This document shows positions 35,485-50,400 of a DNA stretch of 64,000 nucleotides, in pieces; position 1 is the first letter of the stretch, and the number at the start of each line of letters is the position of its first letter. Source of the stretch: Antedon mediterranea (lineage: Eukaryota; Animalia; Echinodermata); contig NC_092675.1 in the NCBI RefSeq assembly GCF_964355755.1, positions 13,736,912 through 13,800,911 of the forward strand, read 5' to 3'. The position numbers and the translations under genes were made by a program. The notes under the pieces were generated by a model that saw only the letters and a list, made by a program, of their open reading frames with translations, was not told where the DNA came from and made no database searches.

Positions 35485-38400
35485 GCATTTGGAAACGTTT
35501 TAGACCATTTTGTGATTTTCGAAAAAGATTGTTAACATAAAAACACCAAAGTGCTTAGAAAAGCTTCAAATCGCATTTGGAGACGTTTTAGACCATTTTG
35601 TGCATTTCGATGAAACTTGGTTACACAAAAACATCAAAGTGCTTAAAATCACATTATAAACCATTTTAGACCATTTTGAGCATTTCGATAACACTTTTCA
35701 CACAAAAACATCAAAGAGCACAAAATAGCTTAATATCTTATTTAAAAACGTTTTAGACCATTTTGAGCATTTCGACAAAACTTTTTCACACAAAACACCA
35801 AAGTGCTTAGAATAGCTTCAAATCGCATTTGGAGACGTTTTAGACCATTTTGTGATTTCCGAAAAAACTTGTTAACCTAAAAATACCAAAGTGTTTAGAA
35901 TAGCTTCAAATCGCATTTGGAGACGTTTTAGACCATTTTGTGATTTTCGAAAAAACTTGTTAACATAAAAACACCAAAGTGCTTCAAATCGCATTTGGAG
36001 ACATTTTAGACCAATTTGTGATTTTTGAAAAAACTTGTTAACATAAAAACACCAAAGTGCTTACAATAGCTTCAAATCGTATTTGGAGACGTTTTAGACC
36101 ATTTTGTGATTTTCGAAAAAACTTGTTAACATAAAAACACCAAAGTACTTAGAATAGCTTCAAATCGCATTTGGAGACGTTTTAGACCATTTTATGCTTT
36201 TCGATGAAACTTGGTTACACAAAAACATCAAAGTGCTTAAAATCACATTATAATCCGTTTTAGACCATTTTGAGCATTTCGATAACACTTTTCACACAAA
36301 AACATCAAAGAGCACAAAATAGCTTAATATCGTATTTAAAAACGTTTTAGACCATTTTGAGCATTTCGACAAAACTTTTTCACACAAAACACCAAAGTGC
36401 TTAGAATAGCTTCAAATCGCATTTGGAGACGTTTTAGACCATTTTGTGATTTTCGAAAAAAATTGTTAACATAAAAACATCAAAGTGTACAGAATAGCTT
36501 CAAATCGCATTTGGAGACCGTTTTAGGCCAATTTGTGATTTTCGAAAAAACTTGTTAACCTAAAAATACCAAAGTGTTTAGAATAGCTTCAAATCGCATT
36601 TGGAGACGTTTTAGACCATTTTGTGATTTTCGAAAAAACTTGTTAACATAAAAACACCAAAGTGCTTAGAATAGCTTCAAATCGCATTTGGAGACATTTT
36701 AGACCAATTTGTGATTTTCGAAAAAACTTGTCAACATAAAAACATCAAAGTGCTTAAAATCACATTATAATCCGTTTTAGACCATTTTGAGCATTTCGAT
36801 AACACTTTTCACACAAAAACATCAAAGAGCACAAAATAGCTTAATATCGTATTTAAAAACGTTTTAACCATTTTGAGCATTTCGACAAAACTTTTTCACA
36901 CAAAACACCAAAGTGCTTAGAATAGCTTCAAATCGCATTTGGAGACGTTTTAGACCATTTTGTGATTTTCGAAAAAAATTGTTAACATAAAAACATCAAA
37001 GTGTACATAATAGCTTCAAATCGCATTTGGAGACCGTTTTAGGCCAATTTGTGATTTTCGAAAAAACTTGTTAACCTAAAAATACCAAAGTGTTTAGAAT
37101 AGCTTCAAATCGCATTTGGAGACGTTTTAGACCATTTTGTGATTTTCGAAAAAACTTGTTAACATAAAAACACCAAAGTGCTTAGAATAGCTTCAAATCG
37201 CATATGGAGACATTTTAGACCAATTTGTGATTTTCGAAAAAACTTGTCAACATAAAAACACCAAAGGGTTTAGAATATCTTCAAATCGCATTTGGAGACG
37301 TTTTAGACCATTTTGTGATTTTCGAAAAAACTTGTTAACATAAAAACACCAAAGTGCTTAGAATAGCTTCAAATCGCATTTGGAGACGTTTTAGACCAAT
37401 TTGTGATTTTCGAAAAAACTTATCAACATAAAAACACCAAAGGGTTTAGAATAGCTTCAAATCGCATTTGGAGACGTTTTAGACCATTTTGTGATTTTGA
37501 AAAAACTTGTTAACATAAAAACACCAAAGTGCTTAGAATAGCTTCAAATCGCATTTGGAGACGTTTTAGACCATTTTGTGATTTTCGAAAAAACTTGTTA
37601 ACATAAAAACACCAAAGTGCTTAGAATAGCTTCAAATCGTATTTGGAGACGTTTTAGACCATTTTGAGATTTTCGAAAAAACTTGGTTACACAAAAACAT
37701 CAAAGTGCTTAAAATCACATTATAAACCGTTTTAGACCATTTTGAGCATTTCGATAACACTTTTCACACAAAAACATCAAAGAGCACAAAATAGCTTAAT
37801 ATCGTATTTAAAAACGTTTTAGACCATTTTGAGCATTTCGACAAAACTTTTTCACACAAAACACCAAAGTGCTTAGAATAGCTTCAAATTGCATTTGGAG
37901 ACGTTTTAGACCAATTTGTGCATTTCGATGAAACTTGATTACACAAAAACATCAAAGTGCTTAAAATCACATCATAAACCGTTTTAGACCATTTTGAGCA
38001 TTTCGATAACACTTTTCACACAAAAACATGAAAGAGCACAAAATAGCTTAATATCGTATTTAAAAACGTTTTAGACCATTTTGAGCATTTCGACAAAACT
38101 TTTTTACACAAAACACCAAAGTGCTTAGAATAGCTTCAAATCGCATTTGGAGACGTTTTAGACCAATTTGTGCATTTCGATGAAACTTGATTACACAAAA
38201 ACATCAAAGTGCTTAAAATCACATTATAAACCGTTTTAGACCATTTTGAGCATTTCGATAACACTTTTCACACAAAAACATCAAAGAGCACAAAATAGCT
38301 TAATATCGTATTTAAAAACGTTTTAGACCATTTTGAGCATTTAGACAAAACTTTTTCACACAAAACACCAAAGTGCTTAGAATAGCTTCAAATCGCATTT

Positions 38401-41400
38401 GGAGACGTTTTAGACCATTTTGTGCATTTCGATGAAACTTGGTTACACAAAAACATCAAAGTGCTTAAAATCACATTATAAATCGTTTTAGACCATTTTG
38501 AGCATTTCGACAAAACTTTTTCACACAAAATACCAAAGTGCTTAGAATAGCTTCAAATCGCATTTCGAGACGTTTTAGACCATTTTGTGATTTTCGAAAA
38601 AACTTTTTAACATAAAAACACCAAAGTGCTTAGAATAGCTTCAAATCACATTTGGAGACATTTTAGACCATTTTGTGATTTTCGAAAAAACTTGTTAACA
38701 TAAAAACACGAAAGTGCTTAGAATAGCTTCAAATCGCATTTGGAAACGTTTTAGACCATTTTGTGATTTTCGAAAAAAATTGTTAACATAAAAACACCAA
38801 AGTGCTTAGAATCACATTATAAACCGTTTTAGACCATTTTGAGCATTTCGATAACAATTTTCACACAAAAACATCAAAGAGCACAAAATAGCTTAATATC
38901 GTATTTAAAAATGTTTTAGACCATTTTGAGCATTTAGATAAAACTTTTTCACACAAAACACCAAAGTGCTTAGAATAGCTTCAAATCGCATTTGGAGACG
39001 TTTTAGACCATTTTGTGATTTTTGAAAAAACTTGTTAACATAAAAACACCAAAGTGCTTAGAATAGCTTCAAATCACATTTGGAGACGTTTTAGACCATT
39101 TTGTGATTTTTGAAAAAACTTGTTAACATAAAAACACGAAAGTGCTTAGAATAGCTTCAAATCGCATTTGGAAACGTTTTAGACCATTTTGTGATTTTCG
39201 AAAAAGATTGTTAACATAAAAACACCAAAGTGCTTAGAATCACATTATAAACCGTTTTAGACCATTTTGAGCATTTCGATAACAATTTTCACACAAAAAC
39301 ATCAAAGAGCACAAAATAGCTTAATATCGTATTTAAAAATGTTTTAGACCATTTTGAGCATTTAGATAAAACTTTTTCACACAAAACACCAAAGTGCTTA
39401 GAATAGCTTTAAATCGCATTTGGAGACGGTTTAGACCATTTTGTGATTTTGAAAAAACTTGTTAACATAAAAACACCAAAGTGCTTAGAATAGCTTCAAA
39501 TCGCATTTGGAGACGTTTTAGACCATTTTGTGATTTTCGAAAAAACTTGTTAACATAAAAACACCAAAGTGCTTAGAATAGCTTCAAATCGTATTTGGAG
39601 ACGTTTTAGACCATTTTGAGATTTTCGAAAAAACTTGGTTACACAAAAACATCAAAGTGCTTAAAATCACATTATAAACCGTTTTAGACCATTTTGAGCA
39701 TTTCGATAACACTTTTCACACAAAAACATCAAAGAGCACAAAATAGCTTAATATCGTATTTAAAAACGTTTTAGACCATTTTGAGCATTTCGACAAAACT
39801 TTTTCACACAAAACACCAAAGTGCTTAGAATAGCTTCAAATCGCATTTGGAGACGTTTTAGACCAATTTGTGCATTTCGATGAAACTTGATTACACAAAA
39901 ACATCAAAGTGCTTAAAATCACATTATAAACCGTTTTAGACCATTTTGAGCATTTCGATAACACTTTTCACACAAAAACATCAAAGAGCACAAAATAGCT
40001 TAATATCGTATTTAAAAACGTTTTAGACCATTTTGAGCATTTAGACAAAACTTTTTCACACAAAACACCAAAGTGCTTAGAATAGCTTCAAATCGCATTT
40101 GGAGACGTTTTAGACCATTTTGTGCATTTCGATGGAACTTGGTTACACAAAAACATCAAAGTGCTTAAAATCACATTATAAATCGTTTTAGACCATTTTG
40201 AGAATTTCGACAAAACTTTTTCACACAAAATACAAAAGTGCTTAGAATAGCTTCAAATCGTATTTGGAGACGTTTTAGACCTTTTTGTGCATTTCGATGG
40301 AACTTGGTTACACAAAAACATCAAAGTGCTTAAAATCACATTATAAATCGTTTTAGACCATTTTGAGAATTTCGACAAAACTTTTTCACACAAAATACAA
40401 AAGTGCTTAGAATAGCTTCAAATCGCATTTGGAGACGTTTTAGACCATTTTGTGATTTTCGAAAAAACTTGTTAACATAAAAACACGAAAGTGCTTAGAT
40501 TAGCTTCAAATCGCATTTAGAAACGTTTTAGACCATTTTGTGATTTTCGAAAAAAATTGTTAACATAAAAACACCAAAGTGCTTAGAATCACATTATAAA
40601 CCGTTTTAGACCATTTTGAGCATTTCGATAACAATTTTCACACAAAAACATCAAAGAGCACAAAATAGCTTAATATCGTATTTAAAAATGTTTTAGACCA
40701 TTTTGAGCATTTAGATAAAACTTTTTCACACAAAACACCAAAGTGCTTAGAATAGCTTCAAATCGCATTTGGAGACGTTTTAGACCAATTTGTGATTTTT
40801 GAAAAAACTTGTTAACACAAAAACATCAAAGTGCTTAGAATAGCTTCAAATCGCATTTGAAGACGTTTTAGACCATTTTCTGATTTTTGAAAAAACTTGT
40901 TAACATAAAAACACCAAAGTGCTTAGAATAGCTTCAAATCACATTTGGAGACGTTTTAGACCATTTTGTGATTTTCGAAAAAACTTGTTAACATAAAAAC
41001 ACGAAAGTGCTTAGAATAGCTTCAAATCGCATTTGGAAACGTTTTAGACCATTTTGTGATTTTCGAAAAAACTTGTTAACATAAAAACACGAAAGTGCTT
41101 AGAATAGCTTCAAATCGCATTTGGAAACGTTTTAGACCATTTTGTGATTTTCGAAAAAAATTGTTAACATAAAAACACCAAAGTGTTTAGAATAGCTTCA
41201 AATCGCATTTGGAGACGTTTTAGACCAATTTGTGATTTTCGAAAAAACTTATCAACATAAAAACACCAAAGGGTTTAGAATAGCTTCAAATCGCATTTGG
41301 AGACGTTTTAGACCATTTTGTGATTTTCGAAAAAACTTGTTAACATAAAAACACCAAAGTGCTTAGAATAGCTTCAAATCGTATTTGGAGACGTTTTAGA

Positions 41401-44400
41401 CCATTTTGAGATTTTCGAAAAAACTTGGTTACACAAAAACATCAAAGTGCTTAAAATCACATTATAAACCGTTTTAGACCATTTTGAACATTTCGATAAC
41501 ACTTTTCACACAAAAACATCAAAGAGCACAAAAAAGCTTAATATCGTATTTAAAAACGTTTTAGACCATTTTGAGCATTTCGACAAAACTTTTTCACACA
41601 AAACACCAAAGTGCTTAGAATAGCTTCAAATCGCATTTGGAGACGTTTTAGACCAATTTGTGCATTTCGATGAAACTTGATTACACAAAAACATCAACGT
41701 GCTTAAAATCACATTATAAACCGTTTTAGACCATTTTGAGCATTTCGATAACACTTTTCACACAAAAACATCAAAGAGCACAAAATAGCTTAATATCGTA
41801 TTTAAAAACGTTTTAGACCATTTTGAGCATTTGGACAAAACTTTTTCACACAAAACACCAAAGTGCTTAGAATAGCTTCAAATAACATTTGGAGACGTTT
41901 TAGACCATTTTGTGCATTTCGATGAAACTTGGTTACACAAAAACATCAAAGTGCTTAAAATCACATTATAAATCGTTTTAGACCATTTTGAGCATTTCGA
42001 CAAAACTTTTTCACACAAAATATCAAAGGGCTTAGAATAGCTTCAAATCGCATTTGGAGACGTTTTAGACCATTTTGTGATTTTCGAAAAAACTTTTTAA
42101 CATAAAAACACCAAAGTGCTTAGAATAGCTTCAAATCACATTTGGAGACGTTTTAGACCATTTTGTGATTTTCGAAAAAACTTGTTAACATAAAAACACG
42201 AAAGTGCTTAGAATAGCTTCAAATCGCATTTGGAAACGTTTTAGACCATTTTGTGATTTTCGAAAAAAATTGTTAACATAAAAACACCAAAGTGCTTAGA
42301 ATCACATTATAAACCGTTTTAGACCATTTTGAGCATTTCGATAACAATTTTCACACAAAAACATCAAAGAGCACAAAATAGCTTAATATCGTATTTAAAA
42401 ATGTTTTAGACCATTTTGAGCATTTAGAAAAAACTTTTTCACACAAAACACCAAAGTGCTTAGAATAGCTTCAAATCGCATTTGGAGACGTTTTAGACCA
42501 TTTTGTGATTTTTGAAAAAACTTGTTAACATAAAAACACCAAAGTGCTTAGAATAGCTTCAAATCACATTTGGAGACGTTTTAGACCATTTTGTGATTTT
42601 CGAAAAAACTTGTTAACATAAAAACACGAAAGTGCTTAGAATAGCTTCAAATCGCATTTGGAAACGTTTTAGACCATTTTGTGATTTTCGAAAAAACTTG
42701 TTAACATAAAAACACGAAAGTGCTTAGAATAGCTTCAAATCGCATTTGGAAACGTTTTAGACCATTTTGTGATTTTCGAAAAAAATTGTTAACATAAAAA
42801 CACCAAAGTGTTTAGAATAGCTTCAAATCGCATTTGGAGACGTTTTAGACCAATTTGTGATTTTCGAAAAAACTTATCAACATAAAAACACCAAAGGGTT
42901 TAGAATAGCTTCAAATCGCATTTGGAAACGTTTTAGACCATTTTGTGATTTTGAAAAAACTTGTTAACATAAAAACACCAAAGTGCTTAGAATAGCTTCA
43001 AATCGCATTTGGAGACGTTTTAGACCAATTTGTGCATTTCGATGAAACTTGATTACACAAAAACATCAACGTGCTTAAAATCACATTATAAACCGTTTTA
43101 GACCATTTTGAGCATTTCGATAACACTTTTCACACAAAAACATCAAAGAGCACAAAATAGCTTAATATCGTATTTAAAAACGTTTTAGACCATTTTTAGC
43201 ATTTGGACAAAACTTTTTCACACAAAACACCAAAGTGCTTAGAATAGCTTCAAATAACATTTGGAGACGTTTTAGACCATTTTGTGCATTTCGATGAAAC
43301 TTGGTTACACAAAAACATCAAAGTGCTTAAAATCACATTATAAATCGTTTTAGACCATTTTGAGCATTTCGACAAAACTTTTTCACACAAAATATCAAAG
43401 GGCTTAGAATAGCTTCAAATCGCATTTGGAGACGTTTTAGACCATTTTGTGATTTTCGAAAAAACTTTTTAACATAAAAACACCAAAGTGCTTAGAATAG
43501 CTTCAAATCACATTTGGAGACGTTTTAGACCATTTTGTGATTTTCGAAAAAACTTGTTAACATAAAAACACGAAAGTGCTTAGAATAGCTTCAAATCGCA
43601 TTTGGAAACGTTTTAGACCATTTTGTGATTTTCGAAAAAAATTGTTAACATAAAAACACCAAAGTGCTTAGAATCACATTATAAACCGTTTTAGACCATT
43701 TTGAGCATTTCGATAACAATTTTCACACAAAAACATCAAAGAGCACAAAATAGCTTAATATCGTATTTAAAAATGTTTTAGACCATTTTGAGCATTTAGA
43801 TAAAACTTTTTCACACAAAACACCAAAGTGCTTAGAATAGCTTCAAATCGCATTTGGAGACGTTTTAGACCATTTTGTGATTTTTGAAAAAACTTGTTAA
43901 CATAAAAACACCAAAAGTGCTTAGAATAGCTTCAAATCACATTTGGAGACGTTTTAGACCATTTTGTGATTTTCGAAAAAACTTGTTAACATAAAAACAC
44001 GAAAGTGCTTAGAATAGCTTCAAATCGCATTTGGAAACGTTTTAGACCATTTTGTGATTTTCGAAAAAACTTGTTAACATAAAAACACGAAAGTGCTTAG
44101 AATAGCTTCAAATCGCATTTGGAAACGTTTTAGACCATTTTGTGATTTTCGAAAAAAATTGTTAACATAAAAACACCAAAGTGTTTAGAATAGCTTCAAA
44201 TCGCATTTGGAGACGTTTTAGACCAATTTGTGATTTTCGAAAAAACTTATCAACATAAAAACACCAAAGGGTTTAGAATAGCTTCAAATCGCATTTGGAA
44301 ACGTTTTAGACAATTTTGTGATTTTGAAAAAACTTGTTAACATAAAAACACCAAAGTGCTTAGAATAGCTTCAAATCGCATTTGGAGACGTTTTAGACCA

Positions 44401-47400
44401 TTTTGTGATTTTCGAAAAAACTTGTTAACATAAAAACACCAAAGTGCTTAGAATAGCTTCAAATCGTATTTGGAGACGTTTTAGACCATTTTGAGATTTT
44501 CGAAAAAACTTGGTTACACAAAAACATCAAAGTGCTTAAAATCACATTATAAACCGTTTTAGACCATTTTGAGCATTTCGATAACACTTTTGACACAAAA
44601 ACATCAAAGAGCACAAAATAGCTTAATATCGTATTTAAAAACGTTTTAGACCATTTTGAGCATTTCGACAAAACTTTTTCACACAAAACACCAAAGTGCT
44701 TAGAATAGCTTCAAATCGCATTTGGAGACGTTTTAGACCAATTTGTGCATTTCGATGAAACTTGATTACACAAAAACATCAAAGTGCTTAAAATCACATC
44801 ATAAACCGTTTTAGACCATTTTGAGCATTTCGATAACACTTTTCACACAAAAACATCAAAGAGCACAAAATAGCTTAATATCGTATTTAAAAACGTTTTA
44901 GACCATTTTGAGCATTTCGACAAAACTTTTTCACACAAAACACCAAAGTGCTTAGAATAGCTTCAAATCGCATTTGGAGACGTTTTAGACCAATTTGTGC
45001 ATTTCGATGAAACTTGATTACACAAAAACATCAAAGTGCTTAAAATCACATTATAAACCGTTTTAGACCATTTTGAGCATTTCGATAACACTTTTCACAC
45101 AAAAACATCAAAGAGCACAAAATAGCTTAATATCGTATTTAAAAACGTTTTAGACCATTTTGAGCATTTAGACAAAACTTTTTCACACAAAACACCAAAG
45201 TGCTTAGAATAGCTTCAAATCGCATTTGGAGACGTTTTAGACCATTTTGTGATTTTTGAAAAAACTTGTTAACATAAAAACACCAAAGTGCTTAGAATAG
45301 CTTCAAATCACATTTGGAGACGTTTTAGACCATTTTGTGATTTTCGAAAAAACTTGTTAACATAAAAACACGAAAGTGCTTAGAATAGCTTCAAATCGCA
45401 TTTGGAAACGTTTTAGACCATTTTGTGATTTTCGAAAAAACTTGTTAACATAAAAACACGAAAGTGCTTAGAATCACATTATAAACCGTTTTAGACCATT
45501 TTGAGCATTTCGATAACAATTTTCACACAAAAACATCAAAGAGCACAAAATAGCTTAATATCGTATTTAAAAATGTTTTAGACCATTTTGAGCATTTAGA
45601 TAAAACTTTTTCACATAAAATACCAAAGTGTTTAGAATAGCTTCAAATCGCATTTGGAGACGTTTTAGACCATTTTGTGATTTTTGAAAAAACTTGTTAA
45701 CATAAAAACACCAAAGTGCTTAGAATAGCTTCAAATCACATTTGGAGATGTTTTAGACCATTTTGTGATTTTTGAAAAAACTTGTTAACATAAAAACACG
45801 AAAGTGCTTAGAATAGCTTCAAATCACATTTGGAGACGTTTTAGACCATTTTGTGATTTTTGAAAAAACTTGTTAACATAAAAACACGAAAGTGCTTAGA
45901 ATAGCTTCAAATCGCATTTGGAAACGTTTTAGACCATTTTGCGATTTTCGAAAAAGATTGTTAACATAAAAACACCAATGTGCTTAGAATCACATTATAA
46001 ACCGTTTTAGACCATTTTGAGCATTTCGATAACAATTTTCACACAAAAACATCAAAGAGCACAAAATAACTTAATATCGTATTTATAAATGTTTTAGACC
46101 ATTTTGAGCATTTCGACAAAACTTTTTCACACAAAACACCAAAGTGCTTAGAATAGCTTCAAATCGCATTTGGAGACGTTTTAGACCATTTTGTGATTTC
46201 GATGAAACTTGATTACACAAAAACATCAAAGTGCTTAAAATCACATTATAAACCGTTTTAGACCATTTTGAGCATTTCGATAACACTTTTCACACAAAAA
46301 CATCAAAGAGCAAAAAATAGCTTATTATCGTATTTAAAAACGTTTTAGACCATTTTGAGCATTTAGACAAAACTTTTTCACACAAAACACCAAAGTGCTT
46401 AGAATAGCTTCAAATCGCATTTGGAGACGTTTTAGAACATTTTGTGTTTTTCGAAAAAAACTGTTAACATAAAAACACCAAAGTGCTTAGAATAGCTTCA
46501 AATCGCATTTGGAGACGTTTTAGAACATTTTGTGTTCTTCGAAAAAACTTGTTACCATAAAAACACCAAAGTGCTTAGAATAGCTTCAAATCGCATTTGG
46601 AGACGTTTTAGACCATTTTGTGATTTTTGAAAAAACTTGTTAACATAAAAACACCAAAGTGCTTAGAATAGCTTCAAATCACATTTGGAGACGTTTTAGA
46701 CCATTTTGTGATTTTCGAAAAAACTTGTTAACATAAAAACACCAAAGTGCTTAGAATAGCGTCAAATCGTATTTGGAGACGTTTTAGACCATTTTGTGAT
46801 TTTCGAAAAAACTTGTTAACATAAAAACACCAAAGTGCTTAGAATAGCATCAAATCGCATTTGGAGACGGTTTAGACCATTTTATGATTTTGAAAAAACT
46901 TGTTAACATAAAAACACCAAAGTGCTTAGAATAGCTTCAAATCGCATTTGGAGACGTTTTAGACCATTTTGTGATTTTCGAAAAAACTTGTTAACATAAA
47001 AACACCAAAGTGCTTAGAATAGCTTCAAATCGTATTTGGAGACGTTTTAGACCATTTTGAGATTTTCGAAAAAACTTGGTTACACAAAAACATCAAAGTG
47101 CTTAAAATCACATTATAAACCGTTTTAGACCATTTTGAGCATTTCGATAACACTTTTCACACAAAAACATCAAAGAGCACAAAATAGCTTAATATCGTAT
47201 TTAAAAACGTTTTAGACCATTTTGAGCATTTCGACAAAACTTTTTCACACAAAACACCAAAGTGCTTAGAATAGCTTCAAATCGTATTTGGAGACGTTTT
47301 AGACCAATTTGTGCATTTCGATGAAACTTGATTACACAAAAACATCAAAGTGCTTAAAATCACATCATAAACCGTTTTAGACCATTTTGAGCATTTCGAT

Positions 47401-50400
47401 AACACTTTTCACACAAAAACATCAAAGAGCACAAAATAGCTTAATATCGTATTTAAAAACGTTTTAGACCATTTTGAGCATTTCGACAAAACTTTTTCAC
47501 ACAAAACACCAAAGTGCTTAGAATAGCTTCAAATCGCATTTGGAGACGTTTTAGACCAATTTGTGCATTTCGATGAAACTTGATTACACAAAAACATCAA
47601 AGTGCTTAAAATCACATTATAAACCGTTTTAGACCATTTTGAGCATTTCGATAACACTTTTCACACAAAAACATCAAAGTGCTTAAAATCACATTATAAA
47701 CCGTTTTAGACCATTTTGAGCATTTCGATAACACTTTTCACACAAAAACATCAAAGAGCACAAAATTGCTTAATATCGTATTTAAAAACGTTTTAGACCA
47801 TTTTGAGCATTTCGACAAAACTTTTTCACACAAAACACCAAAGTGCTTAGAATAGCTTCAAATCGCATTTGGAGACGTTTTAGACCATTTTGTGATTTTT
47901 GAAAAAACTTGTTAACATAAAAACACCAAAGTGCTTAGAATAGCTTCAAATCACATTTGGAGACGTTTTAGACCATTTTGTGATTTTCGAAAAAACTTGT
48001 TAACATAAAAACACGAAAGTGCTTAGAATAGCTTCAAATCGCATTTGGAAACGTTTTAGACCATTTTGTGATTTTCGAAAAAAATTGTTAACATAAAAAC
48101 ACCAAAGTGCTTAGAATCACATTATAAACCGTTTTAGACCATTTTGAGCATTTCGATAACAATTTTCACACAAAAACATCAAAGAGCACAAAATAGCTTA
48201 ATATCGTATTTAAAAATGTTTTAGACCATTTTGAGCATTTAGATAAAACTTTTTCACACAAAACACCAAAGTGCTTAGAATAGCTTCAAATCGCATTTGG
48301 AGACGTTTTAGACCATTTTGTGATTTTTGAAAAAACTTGTTAACATAAAAACACCAAAAGTGCTTAGAATAGCTTCAAATCACATTTGGAGACGTTTTAG
48401 ACCATTTTGTGATTTTCGAAAAAACTTGTTAACATAAAAACACGAAAGTGCTTAGAATAGCTTCAAATCGCATTTGGAAACGTTTTAGACCATTTTGTGA
48501 TTTTCGAAAAAACTTGTTAACATAAAAACACGAAAGTGCTTAGAATAGCTTCAAATCGCATTTGGAAACGTTTTAGACCATTTTGTGATTTTCGAAAAAA
48601 ATTGTTAACATAAAAACACCAAAGTGTTTAGAATAGCTTCAAATCGCATTTGGAGACGTTTTAGACCAATTTGTGATTTTCGAAAAAACTTATCAACATA
48701 AAAACACCAAAGGGTTTAGAATAGCTTCAAATCGCATTTGGAAACGTTTTAGACAATTTTGTGATTTTGAAAAAACTTGTTAACATAAAAACACCAAAGT
48801 GCTTAGAATAGCTTCAAATCGCATTTGGAGACGTTTTAGACCATTTTGTGATTTTCGAAAAAACTTGTTAACATAAAAACACCAAAGTGCTTAGAATAGC
48901 TTCAAATCGTATTTGGAGACGTTTTAGACCATTTTGAGATTTTCGAAAAAACTTGGTTACACAAAAACATCAAAGTGCTTAAAATCACATTATAAACCGT
49001 TTTAGACCATTTTGAGCATTTCGATAACACTTTTGACACAAAAACATCAAAGAGCACAAAATAGCTTAATATCGTATTTAAAAACGTTTTAGACCATTTT
49101 GAGCATTTCGACAAAACTTTTTCACACAAAACACCAAAGTGCTTAGAATAGCTTCAAATCGCATTTGGAGACGTTTTAGACCAATTTGTGCATTTCGATG
49201 AAACTTGATTACACAAAAACATCAAAGTGCTTAAAATCACATCATAAACCGTTTTAGACCATTTTGAGCATTTTGATAACACTTTTCACACAAAAACATC
49301 AAAGAGCACAAAATAGCTTAATATCGTATTTAAAAACGTTTTAGACCATTTAGAGCATTTCGACAAAACTTTTTCACACAAAACACCAAAGTGCTTAGAA
49401 TAGCTTCAAATCGCATTTGGAGACGTTTTAGACCAATTTGTGCATTTCGATGAAACTTGATTACACAAAAACATCAAAGTGCTTAAAATCACATTATAAA
49501 CCGTTTTAGACCATTTTGAGCATTTCGATAACACTTTTCACACAAAAACATCAAAGAGCACAAAATAGCTTAATATCGTATTTAAAAACGTTTTAGACCA
49601 TTTTGAGCATTTAGACAAAACTTTTTCACACAAAACACCAAAGTGCTTAGAATAGCTTCAAATCGCATTTGGAGACGTTTTAGACCATTTTGTGATTTTT
49701 GAAAAAACTTGTTAACATAAAAACACCAAAGTGCTTAGAATAGCTTCAAATCACATTTGGAGACGTTTTAGACCATTTTGTGATTTTCGAAAAAACTTGT
49801 TAACATAAAAACACGAAAGTGCTTAGAATAGCTTCAAATCGCATTTGGAAACGTTTTAGACCATTTTGTGATTTTCGAAAAAACTTGTTAACATAAAAAC
49901 ACGAAAGTGCTTAGAATCACATTATAAACCGTTTTAGACCATTTTGAGCATTTCGATAACAATTTTCACACAAAAACATCAAAGAGCACAAAATAGCTTA
50001 ATATCGTATTTAAAAATGTTTTAGACCATTTTGAGCATTTAGATAAAACTTTTTCACACAAAACACCAAAGTGTTTAGAATAGCTTCAAATCGCATTTGG
50101 AGACGTTTTAGACCATTTTGTGATTTTTGAAAAAACTTGTTAACATAAAAACACCAAAGTGCTTAGAATAGCTTCAAATCACATTTGGAGATGTTTTAGA
50201 CCATTTTGTGATTTTTGAAAAAACTTGTTAACATAAAAACACGAAAGTGCTTAGAATAGCTTCAAATCACATTTGGAGACGTTTTAGACCATTTTGTGAT
50301 TTTTGAAAAAACTTGTTAACATAAAAACACGAAAGTGCTTAGAATAGCTTCAAATCGCATTTGGAAACGTTTTAGACCATTTTGCGATTTTCGAAAAAGA

